Assembly: GCF_964213995.1 (NCBI RefSeq)
Contig: NC_135810.1
Location: 87,110,001-87,174,000 of the forward strand
Source of the DNA: Mustelus asterias
Taxonomy: Eukaryota
Direction of reading: 5' to 3'
Length of the DNA stretch: 64,000 nt
Part shown: positions 12,163 through 24,577 of the stretch, piece by piece
Layout of the letters: every line of letters starts with the position of its first letter
Position numbering within the stretch: position 1 is the first letter of the stretch
Notes under the pieces: generated by a model
Database searches by the model: none
What the model was told of the DNA's origin: nothing
What the model saw: only the letters and a program-made list of their open reading frames with translations
Made by a program: the position numbers and the translations under genes

Positions 12163-13070
12163 TATTATTTATTAACTCACCCATCACAATCCAACATTAA
12201 TAACCTTTTCTCATCACATGGTGTATGCCTGGTATCATAAGAAAGGACTTAGTTTCAGCTCAAAACCATTTCAGCTCCTCAGCTAAAATGGAAAATGATT
12301 TTTAGTCAGCACTCACACTGTGGAAGTGGAGGATTTCGTACCAAAGAGCTGCGTTGACAGATAAGTTACTTTGCTTATAACAACAATGAGAGGATTTATT
12401 TTTCTTGTTTCTGGTTCAATAGAAGCAAGAAAAACTTTTTTTTTTAGCTGACTTTCAAAATGAAGAGGCTGCAGAATTAGTGCTAATGATACGAGGAATT
12501 ATTTTGCTTTTGTGGTCCAGTACTGTTCATTATCAGCCTTTATATTTTTGCTCATTTTGCAGTACAAAGATACAGAGGGAACTTTACAAACTTATTGGTA
12601 AAGAGTGAAGGATCTGGGTTGAGACTTGCCGAACAGTTTCCTTTGGCAGGAATTAATCTAGATGAAAAATAAAGACACCTGCTCAAGAAAGCAAATGTGC
12701 TGACTTTGATATTTCACTTCCGTTTTAAACCTAGCTGCACAAGGCTCCATTTCAGTAACGTGCAGTCAAACTGCAAATTTAAATTTTTGCACAAAGTGGG
12801 CTCACTGAATCTCCTCAACGATCGAACCTGTCACCTTCCCTGGTCTGGCCAGTGTGCACCTCCAAGCAATAAATGTATACTGTTGCTCACAACCCACGAA
12901 AAATAAAGAAGTCCGCTGTGGAAATTCAGTCACTTGATGGTTACCAGCTACGGAAGTCCGTTAGTGTGAGAGATTCTTTTCAGCAGTCTTCATAAAAATG
13001 TGAGGGGGTTTGTGGACAAAAAAAGACACAGTTGCTGGGTTTTTGAAACAAACAAGAAAGATTTTTGTAC

Positions 13071-13154
13071 CTCGTAGCCATGGTGACAACAGTTTGGTCA
13101 ACCTGGTGAATGTAACAGGTGTGCATGATTTGCCTCATTCCCATTAACCAGCCT
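13071..13154 (-). other. Possible 84-bp exon, product unknown
   Basis: Strong acceptor ttctcattttcttccctcag, donor GAG|GTACAA, one open frame; no recognised protein. Confidence 0.2.
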
Positions 13155-13432
13155 CTGAGGGAAGAAAATGAGAACAACTCTCCAATGGAACACCAACATT
13201 TAACAATTCCTCTGATTACTGTTGTCAACTTATCACCACTTGACGTTGTTTAGTGGCCAGAAGGCCCTGCAGCCAGGCACAAGTGAGGCTACAAATCTCA
13301 TTGACCCAAAGTAAGCCGAGAGACCACACTGATAGATGTATCCAAAGGCACCTAAGTTGCTCTTCTCAAACCCTTTCCTTCCTTCATGTATTTAGTGTGC
13401 CTACTATTAGCTGTTAAATATCAGCATTTAAT

Positions 13433-13735
13433 ATTCCCAGGGTAGAAATGTCAATTACTGGAGGACATAGGTTTAAGGTAAAAAGGGGAAAGTTTAAAGG
13501 TGATGTGAGAATCAGGGACTTTACACGGAGGGTGGTAAGTGCCTGGAATGCCCTGCCAGTGGAAATACAATAGCAACGTTTAAGAGGCATCATGACAGAC
13601 ACATGAATGGAGAGGGAATAGAGTGATATGGACCACATAGAGGCAAAAGATCTTGAGGTTTGAAAGACATCAGGTGTCGGCGCAGGCTTGGTGGGCTGAA
13701 GAGCTTGTTCCTGTGCTGTACTGTTCTTTGTTCTA
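13433..13735 (+). mobile_element. CR1 LINE 3' end
   Basis: ggacataggtttaagg..agggtggtaagtgcctggaatgccctgcc..ctgtgctgtactgttctttgttct. Confidence 0.88.
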
Positions 13736-14127
13736 AAATGCTATTGACCAGGTTAAAATGCAAAATGTGATCTGGAAAGATAGACCATGTTGTTGTGGAT
13801 CGCATGTTTTTGGAGGTGCATCTTCAATAGTTTTCCTGTAATCTTTGATGCAATTGGCAATAGTAAGATCAATATAAAATGACGATGATTATTCCTCAGG
13901 TTGCATTAATATTTCGGCACAAGTGCAGCCTTTCAACTTGGAGGGATAATACAAGTCTTAAAAAATTGATCCGTAAGAACAGTGCAAACTCGCTGTGAGT
14001 TTTCTTGTCCGGTGTAATATTGAAAATATAACTCAATATGTTATTAGAACAGAAACATTCCAGCAGACCAATTAGAATTCAATTGTATAAAAGCAAAATA
14101 CTGCAGATGCTGGAAATCTGAAACAAA

Positions 14128-14335
14128 GGGTGAGGCTCTCCAGCCCCCCAGCCGCATGTTTCCCGGTGGCGGGAGATGGCTGGCTGTTTGCTAGCAGCGG
14201 ATTCTCCAGTCCTGCCGCTGTGAATGAGATTTCCCATTGATGTCAACCCATGCCGTCGTGCAAGCCATGGGCAGGGCTGCACTGCTGGCGGGACCAGAGA
14301 ATCCTACCGGCGTGAACAGTGGAAGACTTCCAACC
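14128..14335. mobile_element. Small Harbinger-type MITE
   Basis: Splits the host element at aaacaaa|aaaata; AAA TSD. Confidence 0.7.
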
Positions 14336-14448
14336 AAAATATAGGAAATCCTGGAAAAACTCAGCAGGTCTGGCAGCATCTGTGGAGGGAGAAACAGAGT
14401 TAATGTTTTGAGTCCATAAGATTGTGTGCACTGAAGAAGAGTCATATG

Positions 14449-14574
14449 GGACGGAATTTTCCCGTCCTGCCCGCCATGGGAGTTGTAGTGGGCCATTGGT
14501 GGACCGTGCAAAGGTCCATCGACCTCGGGCAGAAATTTCCAGTCTGGGGGCAGCACGGCTGAAAAATCCTGCCC
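14449..14574. mobile_element. About 125-bp Harbinger-type MITE
   Basis: TIRs ggacggaattttc / gaaaaatcctgccc; splits host gagtcatatg|gactc (intact at 7212-7226); TSD ATG/CTG. Confidence 0.8.
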
Positions 14575-14695
14575 CTGGACTCAAAACGTTAACTCTCCTC
14601 TCTGCACACTTGCTGCCCGAGACCAGCTGAATTTTTGCAGCATTTCCAGTTTTTATTTTAGAACTCAGTTGTCACTTGAAGATTGAAAAATCATT

Positions 14696-14925
14696 GGGTG
14701 GGACTTTTCATTCCCTCTTGCAGCAGATGTCATGGCGGGTGGAAGTGGAAGATATCACGGGAGCGAAGAAATCAGGTTCCTGTTGGAGCAAGAAGAGATC
14801 GAGATCGTCTGCTCCAGAACTCAATGGCAGCATTCATTTTTCCACCGCACCATCTTGTCAAAGCCATTTAAATACACTTGAATGTCATGATTCCTCATTG
14901 TAAAGGAGGCTCACCAGAATCAACC
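14696..14925 (+). mobile_element. Harbinger element terminal region
   Basis: Homologous to the reverse complement of 46525-46745; each lies upstream of a transposase remnant. Confidence 0.65.
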
Positions 14926-15959
14926 CCTCCATCCTCACTCTGCCACTACCATCACAATGGGATTAAGGATTCTTGGGGAGGACCGAGAGTTAGTGGAAGG
15001 AGGGAAACCTGAACACTATGTTCTTCTAGGACAATGGGAGGAGTTTCCATAGTCACATAAGGAGTGTCAAAGTTGGGCTGGTTGTAAAACCTCAGCACCA
15101 CCAACTTGAAAACTGAAGCGATGGCGCAGTAGAGAATAACATTGAGAAAAACTCTTTTGGGGAAGTGCTCTGAGGGTCTCAGGGAGGAGTGCCATACTGC
15201 ACTGGGGGGCCAATTAAAAGGACACACAAACTATGTATCATGAAATGATGAGAGGTGCATATCTGAAAAATGGGAGCCTTTCAATGAAACTGCAGGGAAT
15301 CAGGAGAGCTAAGCAATCAAGTTAATTGGTACTGGACGACTCTTGAATCCTGCCACTAATCATTCTCCTTGTAATAATGGTGTGGAAATTTCCGAGGCAT
15401 AATAAAGTCAAGAGCAAGTGGGTGAATGGAAAAGCTACACATACTTGGTAAAAGGAGGAGCTCAGAATCTTGACACTGGCATGTTTGCATGTGGGAACCC
15501 TCAGCCCTCCTGAAATAATCTCACTCCCTCACAAAACATTTACCCTCACCTGTTTTCAAAAGAGTGTCACCTTATAAGCTGCCCACCCAAGTGTGTGGCC
15601 GAAGCAATCTCATTGTAGTCAGCCATGTGAAGGAAGAGAGAGGAAATATAGTGAAATTCTTGAAATGGACATTGTGCTGGTTAAGATTTCATGGCAAGTA
15701 GGTATCAACACTGGCTCCAAGAGCTTAAACCCACAGTTACTGACTTAGTATCGACAGAAATAGGAACTTCGGAGGCTGATGCTTATTCATGTCTTCTGCA
15801 GAGAGACCATCAGGAAGGTGGAAGCTGCATTTATTGCAACATGCATAATTGCATACAGGCAGGAAAGAGGGCAGAGAAGTTTGCATTGCCGGTGCCAGGC
15901 TCACCAAATAGCGGAGCTTCACCCTGATGAAGAACGGGCAACAGAGCTAATCCAGGGTG

Positions 15960-16410
15960 CAGACAATGAGCCTTACTGAATATTGCGCTTAGGTGGCTCC
16001 CAAGGCTGAGGGTCTACAGAACACGCATGTCTTTTCTGCAGATGAGTGAGAGACAGTGTCACTGATGCCTTGACATGTCCAAGGATCTGGTGACTCATGT
16101 CTGCAAAATTCTCCAGGAGTTGACACCACAGGGATTGGGAGGACGTCCATTGCCAATGGCTCTGAAAGTAACCACCACGCTTAACTTCCATGTGAGTGGC
16201 TGTTTCAAGGGCTCCACTGTAGGATTTTCCAAACGTCCATGCACAAGTCCATACAGGAAGTAGAAGATGCTCCTTTTGCCAAGGACCGCATTTCCTTGCA
16301 CATTACTAAAGATCAAGCTAGCCAGGACACCAGAGCACTGGGCTTTGCTGCTATATCCAAATGCCCACAAATTCAAGGTGCTATCAACCGCACTCATGTG
16401 GCTATAAATC
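15960..16410 (+). pseudogene. Harbinger (HARBI1-like DDE) transposase remnant, N-terminal half
   Basis: MSKDLVTHVCKILQELTPQGLGGRPLPMALKVTTTLNF..SG.F and DQASQDTRALGFAAISKCPQIQGAINRTHVAI (GAIDCTHV motif), in different frames. Confidence 0.85.
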
Positions 16411-16989
16411 TCCTCTCTGATGCCTTCACATCCTTCCTCACCATTGTGACCAAATCTGGACCTCCAGATGAGGTTACTGATCTTCCATCACCTTACTGAT
16501 GATTGAGAGTGGACTGATGGGGCGGTAATTGGCCAGGTAGAGGTGAAAATGACTTGACTGAATTTCACATTTCCTGCTGGAGAGGAGGTATTGAGGTTCA
16601 GTGACATGTACGTGTTCGTTCTGCCTGCAAAGAACAGGGATCCGTGTATTAATATGTGTAGTGTCAAGTACTTCCAGAGCTCATTTAACGCTTCAAAAAT
16701 TCTTAAACCTACTACTGCAAAATATAGAGGTTGAAATTCCTCTCGTGTGGAGGTGCGTAACTGCTGCTATCAGAGAGGACACCCTTATCACAGCATTTGA
16801 GATTTAATTCCATTGACGACAAAGAAATTGTACATTGGGTGCGGAATATAAATCCAATCTGAAACCATTCATTTTGTGCCACGTTCCAAGCCTACAGTCT
16901 ACCCCAGACTCTCCCCATTCTTTGTGAATTTTGGCAGGTGTGTTGGGGGGTGGGAGGGGTGGGGGTGGTGGAGGGGGTGGTGTTTGAGT

Positions 16990-17876
16990 GGGGGGGGGGG
17001 GATTTCTAACCACATAAAATGAGTGGGTTTGGGTGAGGTGAGAAGTAAAAATGTAAAGAAAATCTAAAACCTGCACCCAAACCCACTCAAAACCATCCAC
17101 ACATGGTTTTACCAGAAGCAGGATGAGGGGAAAACAATGAGCAACTCAGTCCCTGGAGATGGGTTCCTCACTTTAGAGTGTTTTATTCAGGCTGCATGTC
17201 TCAGAACCTTTCTCTGTTGCAGCTTTAATGTGGGTGAACTGAGTTTTCTGATCCCAGGGAAACCCAGCAGCTAGGTGGGGGGGTGAGGAGTGCTGCAGAG
17301 AAGGTGTAAATAATTTTCCAGTGCTGTTTGTGAGCTAGGAGGAGGAGGAGGAGATGTTTCCTCCCACACCAACCTGCTTACATCCTCAGTGACTGAAGCA
17401 CTCCTCTCCAGCCTCACTCCAGATGAACTCCACGCCCTGCAATCTTCCCGTCTGTTCCATCAATATCTGCCACCCCCACCAATTCTCAATCTGGCTGCCC
17501 TTCCCATCAATATCTCTCGGCTGCCAATCACAGCGGCTTTCCTTTCAATATCCCTCGCAACCCATAATCCCTCCTGCACATCCTCTCGGCCTTGATGCCA
17601 CCTGCTGCTACCACCCCCTCCCCCGCAGCACCCATCAATCTCTCCTCCATTATCCCCGATTGCTTCATCCCTTCTCTCTAACCCTTGGTTGCTGCCTGGT
17701 GCAAAGGTCTCCCCACCCAGTAGCCAACCAGCCATTCTCCCGATCTACCCTGTCATTATTGGATTCTGATCCTGCCTTTACACTCGACAGGACCTGAGAT
17801 TAATCTGTCTGTGCAGGTATCCCAACTGCAAAAGTGGCCCATTGCCCCCTCCTTGCCTCCCTGTTAATATCGGGGC
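16990..17876. mobile_element. Old DNA-transposon/MITE-like segment
   Basis: GC-skewed interior and ggggatt.. / ..aatatcggggc ends similar to other MITEs here; weak. Confidence 0.35.
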
Positions 17877-17920
17877 TTTCATTTCGCCAGCTGTGCAATT
17901 AAGCTGCTACATCATTGGGT

Positions 17921-18237
17921 ATAGAATCACAGAATCCCTACAGTGCAGAAGGAGGCCATTTGGCCCTTCGAGACTGTACCGACCACAATCTCACCCTATT
18001 CCCGTAACCCTCACTTACCCTGCTAATCCCCTGACACTAGGGTCAATTTAGCACGGCCAATCAATCTAACCCACACATCTTTGGACTGTGGGAGGAAACT
18101 GGAGCACCCGGAGGAAACCCAGGCAGACACGGGGAGAACGTGCAAACTCCACACAGACAATGACCCGAGGCTGGAATTGAACCTGGGATCCTGGCGATGT
18201 GAGGCACTGTGTTAACCACTGTGCCACCACGCCGCCC
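17921..18237 (-). mobile_element. HE1-type V-SINE, full length
   Basis: Complete head, V-domain and CR1-type tail. Confidence 0.95.
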
Positions 18238-18332
18238 TTTGTATGCTTTGTCTGTATAGCGTGCAAGAAACAATATTTTTCACTGTATACGAATATATGT
18301 GACAAATATAAATCAAATCAAACCAGATCAAA
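18238..18332 (+). mobile_element. Rex1/Babar LINE 3' tail
   Basis: Matches 59492-59573, including ttcactgta..tgtgaca and (aaatc)n. Confidence 0.8.
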
Positions 18333-18354
18333 ATCTTAAGATCATTTTCATTTC

Positions 18355-18760
18355 GGGGCCATGATGGTTCACTGGACGACGAATCCAAAGGTCCAATTTA
18401 ATGTGCAGAGGTTTAAATCCCATCACAGCAGCTCATGGAATTTTAATATAATTAGTTATTATTAAATAATTACTGAAAAATCGAGAATTGAAAGCTATTT
18501 AGTAATGATGCCATGAAATGATAATTGATTGTTGTAAAAACCTATCTGGTTGACTAATGTCGTTCAGGGAAGGAAATCCGCCGAGTTTACCCAGTCTGGC
18601 CTACATGTAAAATGGTTTTACTCTTAACTACCCTCTGAGATGGCCTATTGGCCCGATAATGATATGCTATCTAGAACGATATAGATTAAGGGCATTTAGG
18701 GATGGGCCACAAATGCTGGCCCAGTCAGCGATGCCCACATCTGAAAAATGAATAAGAAAT
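18355..18760 (+). mobile_element. Second tRNA-derived SINE family, diverged copy
   Basis: aaaacctatctggttgactaatgtc..agggaaggaaat..gatgggccacaaatgctggccc; homologous to 37090-37440. Confidence 0.75.
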
Positions 18761-19413
18761 AATCTTCCACTGCATTCTCATTGTAGTTAAACATCTTTGC
18801 GTCCCATATGTGATGCTGTTAGATTTTAGCTTTCAAGGAAAAAAAACAAAGTGAATTGTAGAATGTGAACCCAAAGCATCCTGAAGTTCAGTGCAATAAC
18901 AATATTGTTCAATCACCTTGAAACTGCAGCCTAGGTCAAAGGTAATGCCAGAGCTAACTTTGGTTCATTGGAGCTTGGCCATTGAACTTGAGATTTGGGT
19001 AAGATGGTGGGACGGTGACTGAGCTGGGAACTGGCAAATGCCGACATACCTTATAGCAACGGTCAAGCTGGGGATCGCAATAAATTGTAGGTCAAACCAG
19101 AAGGTCATAGACAGTTGACAGAGATTCCTGTGAATGAGCGATAGCTCTCCAAGGCCATAGTGGCCAACCTCAAAAATGATTGAATGGGCTTATGGCTTTT
19201 CTTGATCACCCCTCCCTCCCACTGGCTCTGCAGCTTGTTATAGGCCTTATAAGGACTCTATTTTAGTTTTTGTTCTTGCTATTTTTTCTGAAAGGCTGTG
19301 TTAGGTTTGTTCAATTTGGTAGGTTGTGCTGTTATGAGGAAGTGATCAATGTGCACATTGTACTTGAGGTGTCTTTGGATGACAGATGATGTCCAGTCAC
19401 AAAGTGTTCCCGA

Positions 19414-20261
19414 TCTTATGGTTCAGGTTAGAAACTCCAAAGTGTTTTATGAAACCCGCCTGAATCATAAGTTTTGCATCTTGAATTTAGCTAGGATCGG
19501 CACAAAATGTTCCACTTCAGGTGTGATTCAAAAGACCCACGAGGGAGCTTTTATCAAACAAAGTTTACTTAAGAACATAGTTAAAACATATAGTAAGCAA
19601 ATTAGCAAGAATTTTTATCAATTGCAAACAAGAAACAAACAATCATGATAATGTTTAACCCTTAACAAAGACACCCACAATGTTCCAATCAAACAAATCC
19701 CTTTTTACAGCTTTAACACAGCACAGTCCAATACTGGGAATTGAGTCCTTTGGTTGAAGTGTGCAGTTCTCTGGATTCACTCCGAACAGTTTGAAGACAA
19801 GACAGCTTCCCAAAATACCATAGAGACTCTGATCCAGCCCCCAACAACAACAAAATTTCATCCTTCAGCAAAACAAGAGAACTTCCAAAGAAAAAAAACA
19901 GGGAGGGAGGGAAAACACTTAGTTTTAGCTTGCTGTCCCTTCCAAAACCATAACTCAAACTTGCAGCTCCAAGGCCGAATGGCCTCCTCCTGCACTGTCG
20001 GGATTCTATGAAACTGAAAATGAAAACAAAAGCTATCCAAAAGCATATGACCATTCTCCTAGCAATGCAAGATCGTAAAACTAATCCCAGAGTAAACACA
20101 AACAACCCCATTTAAGCCACTTAAGTAGCAATAAAAGGACTCATCATAGTCAGCCCAGTGAAAATGACACTGAGGCTGTGAGCTAAGGAACCACTGAAGC
20201 TGTGAGAGTTGCAGAAATCATGTTTAAAACCAACCTTTCTTAACAGTACACTAACATCACA
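19414..20261 (-). mobile_element. Solo LTR, same family as 9660-10515, with an HE1/CR1 tail fragment at 19972-20010
   Basis: Reverse-complement homology at both ends; flanks ccga/ccta. Confidence 0.72.
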
Positions 20262-21331
20262 CCTAACCATCCAAATTATTATGTAATTATGAGTTTACAC
20301 AGGTTCACCTCTGAAATTAGGTAGTGGGATGGGGAAATAAGGTAAAAACCAACAGAGACCTTCTGCCACATTCCCATCCTGCCATCAATTTTCTTTCCTC
20401 TGTCAGGATGGCCTTTGGCTGCACAGCCTAAATGTTCTCTGTGGGCCTTAATTGGAGTTACCAAATCAGATTGTCAACTGTTTCAGTCAGTGCCCGGTGT
20501 GACTCAGAGCAGCTGGACTCACTTTCATTTGAGGTGCTTTGCGGAGTCAGTTGTGCCTGGGAGATCACGCCTCCATTTTGGATCCCATTTTGTCCATTTG
20601 AATTCTTGAAGAACAGGTGCCCTGATCCAATTTCTTCCCCAGCATTTCTTAACAAAGGTGGTGGTTAAAGGTATGCTGCTGTCTAGGCAATGCCTCAGTC
20701 GGGCAATTTGTTATGCTGCTCAGCCAATTCCAAAAGCAAAAGAGAAAAAAAAACAAAATTCTGAAAGATTCAAGGTTAGACTAAGGAAGACTTGATTAAT
20801 GGGCAAATGTTTTCCAGACAATCAACATGTTTACACGGATCACTTCCACTGAGCAGGTCAACCATGAGAAGGCTACACTTCATTTATCTGCGGGTAAGTT
20901 ACATTAATGGTGTCTAATGGAGCCATAAATGAGAGGAATTTTGACACCTTACACCATGCGCGTCATTTGCATGTGCTTGTGATGAAGGGGTGGATAACCA
21001 TGGTGGATTTAGTCACCAGGACTAGAAGGCTCAATCAGGAGTGCATCATTAATAGAAGTGGGCCCTACTCAAAGTGACAAAACTTTGATGGGTTGCATCC
21101 TCTCTCCGACACCAGTGCAGACTTTCAGCGCTCTGGTCTATTGCTATATTTGTTTAATAATTGTAAGGATCGCCACGCTGTTCCGGAAGAGGAATGTGGG
21201 AAAACTCGTCATTTTTCTCCAGCATCTTGCAATTCCAGCCAACAAGAAAAAAAAAGACTTACATTTATAAAGCAACCCTGGGACAGCGCAAAGTGTTTTG
21301 CAGCCAAAAGTACTTTTGAAGTGTACTCAAT

Positions 21332-21458
21332 GGCCAGGATTTTATGGCCCCGCCATGATGTGTCTCCCGTCAATGGGTGCAAGGACCATTTAAAGTGTCA
21401 TTTACTTTGGCGGGACCACAATGTTCCGCTAGGCAGGAGGGGCCGTAAATCCTGGTCC
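21332..21458. mobile_element. About 125-bp MITE inserted in a Deu-SINE/L2-type tail
   Basis: TIRs ggccaggatttt / aaatcctggtcc; TSD AAT/ACT; host resumes gtgtactca|actttgtaa. Confidence 0.75.
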
Positions 21459-21944
21459 ACTTTGTAACAGGCCTTCTCCCATTGTAGGAATCTCTCTCTG
21501 AGAGGATGAAACATTCTACAGTTAGTCAACCTTCCCTCGGAAGGAACATTCCAGTTGACTTCTGGACACATGTAAAACTGTTTTTTGTATTTTTATTGTG
21601 GTTGTGTCCCGAACCCTCTTCCATTTTCCTTCACCCCCCCTTTATTGTGAGAATGTGAAGGGATGGACGTTGAGGAGTTGTATGTGTAAAATTAAACCAT
21701 TAAACTTGGGTTTTCTGTGCAAGTCATTAATAGAGGATTGGAATCTTTCCAACTTTAAGAGTTGGGAGAAATATGCCACTATTTATAAAGGAGGAAATCA
21801 GGTAGAAAATACCTTTCTGTTTATGAATGTGTAGCGAGTGGGGAAATGAGGGCTGTTTAAATTGACCCCCCTCCTGTCCATGACATAGTCATTGGTTGAG
21901 ATATTCAGAACCCATTTTGTTTTGGGTGGGTTTGGTGATTTGAG

Positions 21945-22420
21945 AAGAAAATCTGGCGAGAGGCTCAAATCTCCTTTTACTGCGATGTAAAAGTGCGACG
22001 CGTTTGTTCGTCCCCCTGCCAGTGATGTCATTTCCTTACATTAGCATATCATTATCAGGCCTCGAAGCCTGAATCATCCCCTACCCATCCCCAACTCTGT
22101 AAAAAAGTCCATTCATGTCAGAGGGTACACCGGCATGAAATCTGACTGGTCTGCCAAGGCGTGCACCTGGTGAGGAGACCTTCATTACTCAGAGGAGCTC
22201 AGCTGGGTGCATCGCTGAGGGAGGAGAGAGAGAGGGTCATGCCCGGGCAATGCTCCCCGGTACTGCAGTGCCAGGACACAGTGCCTGGCCCGGGAGGGGG
22301 AGAGGCGGTGAGGATTGCATAACGGAGGGGGTATTGTGCCAGGTTGGTGTTTGTGGTTAAACTTTGTGCATTGGGATGACTTTAAAAATGGCAGCCCGAT
22401 CTTCAAAAATCAGCGTAACA
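21945..22420. mobile_element. Harbinger-type terminal/MITE fragment
   Basis: Shares gatgtaaaa, catatcatta and gcagtgccagg blocks with 26336-27177 and 46525-46745. Confidence 0.45.
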
Positions 22421-22422
22421 TT

Positions 22423-23000
22423 GGGCCTGATTTTACCAAAACCTTGCGCCCGTTTTCGGGCGCAGAATCGCGGTAAAGTTGGGCATTGGGCCTATACCAT
22501 GATCTGCACCCGAATCCGATCAGATCACGGCTTTACCGACACCTGAGTCGGGCGCGGGTCCAGCGCGCGCCCGAATCGGGCGGCCCGATGATTTTAATGC
22601 ATTTGCATGCATTTAAATCGACTTAATGAACCGCGTGCCCAACTCTACCACCAAATCCCACTTTACCGTCTTCTGGCCCGATCCGTGTCCGCGCTGTTAC
22701 CGGCCTGCAAAATAAAAGTCTGAAGTCGCCGCTGCAGCCTCCGAAGAGCGGGGTCAGAGACTGCAACGGCTCCCTGACCCAGGTCATCCTGGGGCGGGAG
22801 GCATGTGGGAGGAGGAGGAGAGGGGGTGTGACGTCTCATCCCCTGGGGGCGGGGGGAGGGGTGTGATGTTTCACCCTCTGTTGGGGTGTGGGAGGGGAGG
22901 GGGTGTGACCTCTCATCCTCTGGGGGTGGGGGAGGAGAGGGGGTGTGACCGATCATCCCCTGGTCGGGGGGTTCCGCTGCCTGTCTGTGGCCGATCCCTC
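22423..23000. mobile_element. CpG-rich Harbinger-type MITE, one end
   Basis: gggcctgattttacca terminus homologous to the reverse complement of the 48012 end; internal G-rich repeats of about 34 bp. Confidence 0.7.
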
Positions 23001-23069
23001 CTGACACCATCACTGGTACACTACCAGCCACAGCCATCTCTCTCGCACCTGCACGGAAGAGTAATCTGT

Positions 23070-23263
23070 GATTTCCTTCTCCAAAGGACATGAGTGAACC
23101 AGATAATTTTTCTGACAACCGACAATGGTTTCACGGTCATCAGTAGATCCTTAATTCCAGGTTTTTTTTATTGAATTCAAATTCCACCATCTGCCCTGGC
23201 GGGATTCGAGCCCGGGTCCCCAGAACATTAGCTGAGTTTCTGGATTAATAGTCTGGCGATAAT
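23070..23263 (-). mobile_element. Second tRNA-SINE family, partial
   Basis: ttgaattcaaattccaccatctgcc..gggattcgagcccgggtccccagaacattagc. Confidence 0.85.
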
Positions 23264-23783
23264 ATAAATATATTAAGAAAAAGAGAGTGATAAAGGGGAA
23301 TGCAGACCCATTACAGATGAATGCAGGCAAAACTACAATGGGTATTAAGGTCATGGGGAGCCTTATTGGTATCCAGTTTGACAGTGGATGGGGTAAAGAA
23401 CAATCCCTTGGAAAAATAGCAATTGCAGTCATTAATATTTTGCATGTTATCAAACTTCTGATGCCATCTTGCCGCCAACCTTGACCTGTGCAACAGTTTC
23501 TGCTTCTCCATAATGTGCAGTTCCTTCCCTGTACGTGTCTTCAACGATTTCAACAGTGCTACTTTTCCCCATTTAGGTTTATATTATACTGATTGCAGGC
23601 AATGTTTTTTCTTTGAGGAGACAAGGGTACGTGAAGGGCACTAAAATGTTCTGCTTATGAATTAATGCATCTCATGACGATAACTTGTGGAGATACATTA
23701 TGCTTTAACAAAGTGTCAAAGACTCACATTCGCTTTTGTGGCAGGCAATGTGAGTTGGCAGTCTCTTGAGCGTTTGCAGAGGT

Positions 23784-24060
23784 GGGCGGCATGGTGGCAC
23801 CTGGGACCCGGGTTCGATTCCCAGTTGGGTTGCTGTCTATGCGGAGTCTGCACATTCTCCCCGTGTCTGGGTGGATTTCCTCCGGGTGCTCCGATTTCCC
23901 CCCACAGTCCGAAAGATGTGCTGGTTAGGCGCATCGGCCATGCTAAATTCTCCCTCAGTGTACCCGAACAGGCGCCAGAGTGTGGCGACTAGGGGATTTT
24001 CACAGTAACTTAATTGCAGTGTAAATGTAAGTCTATTTGTGACACTATTAAATAAACTTT
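23784..24060 (+). mobile_element. V-SINE, alternative tail, with a deletion in the head
   Basis: ggtggcac joined directly to ctgggacccgggttcg; alternative tail ends aataaacttt. Confidence 0.9.
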
Positions 24061-24209
24061 CCCTTTGCAAAAGTGAAAATCTTTGATACACAAATACTAA
24101 GAGATTATGACGCCAGGAGGTGAGTAAATGATAGGGATGACAGGAGTGCCTAGATGCACCTGAGCTATCCTTGCAAACGGACAGTCCACTTTATCAGCCC
24201 TTTCACTGC

Positions 24210-24425
24210 AACGTTCCAAAGCATTTGGTGTACTTTTGAAATGTAGCAATGCAGCAGCCAATTTCCACACAGCAAGGACCCCCAATCACTAATAAGATAA
24301 TAAATGGATAATCTAATTTCTAATGATTTTGGGTGAAAAAAGAGTGTTGCCCAGGACTGTTCTTCACAAAGTATCGCTGAATATTTTCTGTACAACTGAG
24401 GGGGCAGATGGGCCTTGGTTTTCTT
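24210..24425 (-). mobile_element. Deu-domain SINE remnant
   Basis: gcagccaatttccacacagcaagg..gttgcccaggac..ctgagggggcagatgggccttggttt. Confidence 0.65.
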
Positions 24426-24577
24426 GCCACTGGGAGACTGACGTGATTCAGTGAGCCCTGCCACCATGATAGATTACTTTTAATCCACCTCAACATTTCA
24501 GACTTTTTTCATCATCTTTTACCTATGCTACTTAATTGTATTAATTTATTTGTGAGAAGACTCACAAATTACTGTTC

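Larger units (their letters stand above)
14087..14657. mobile_element. Penelope family B fold-back element interrupted by two MITEs
   Basis: Inverted arms (aaactcagcaggtctggcagcatctgtgg.. / ..gagaccagctgaatttttgcagc); 15-bp TSD ttagaattcaattgt / ttagaactcagttgt. Confidence 0.8.

Noticed and set aside
22423-22800. CpG island or promoter
   Set aside because: CpG richness is confined to a young MITE with a homologue at 47200-48012
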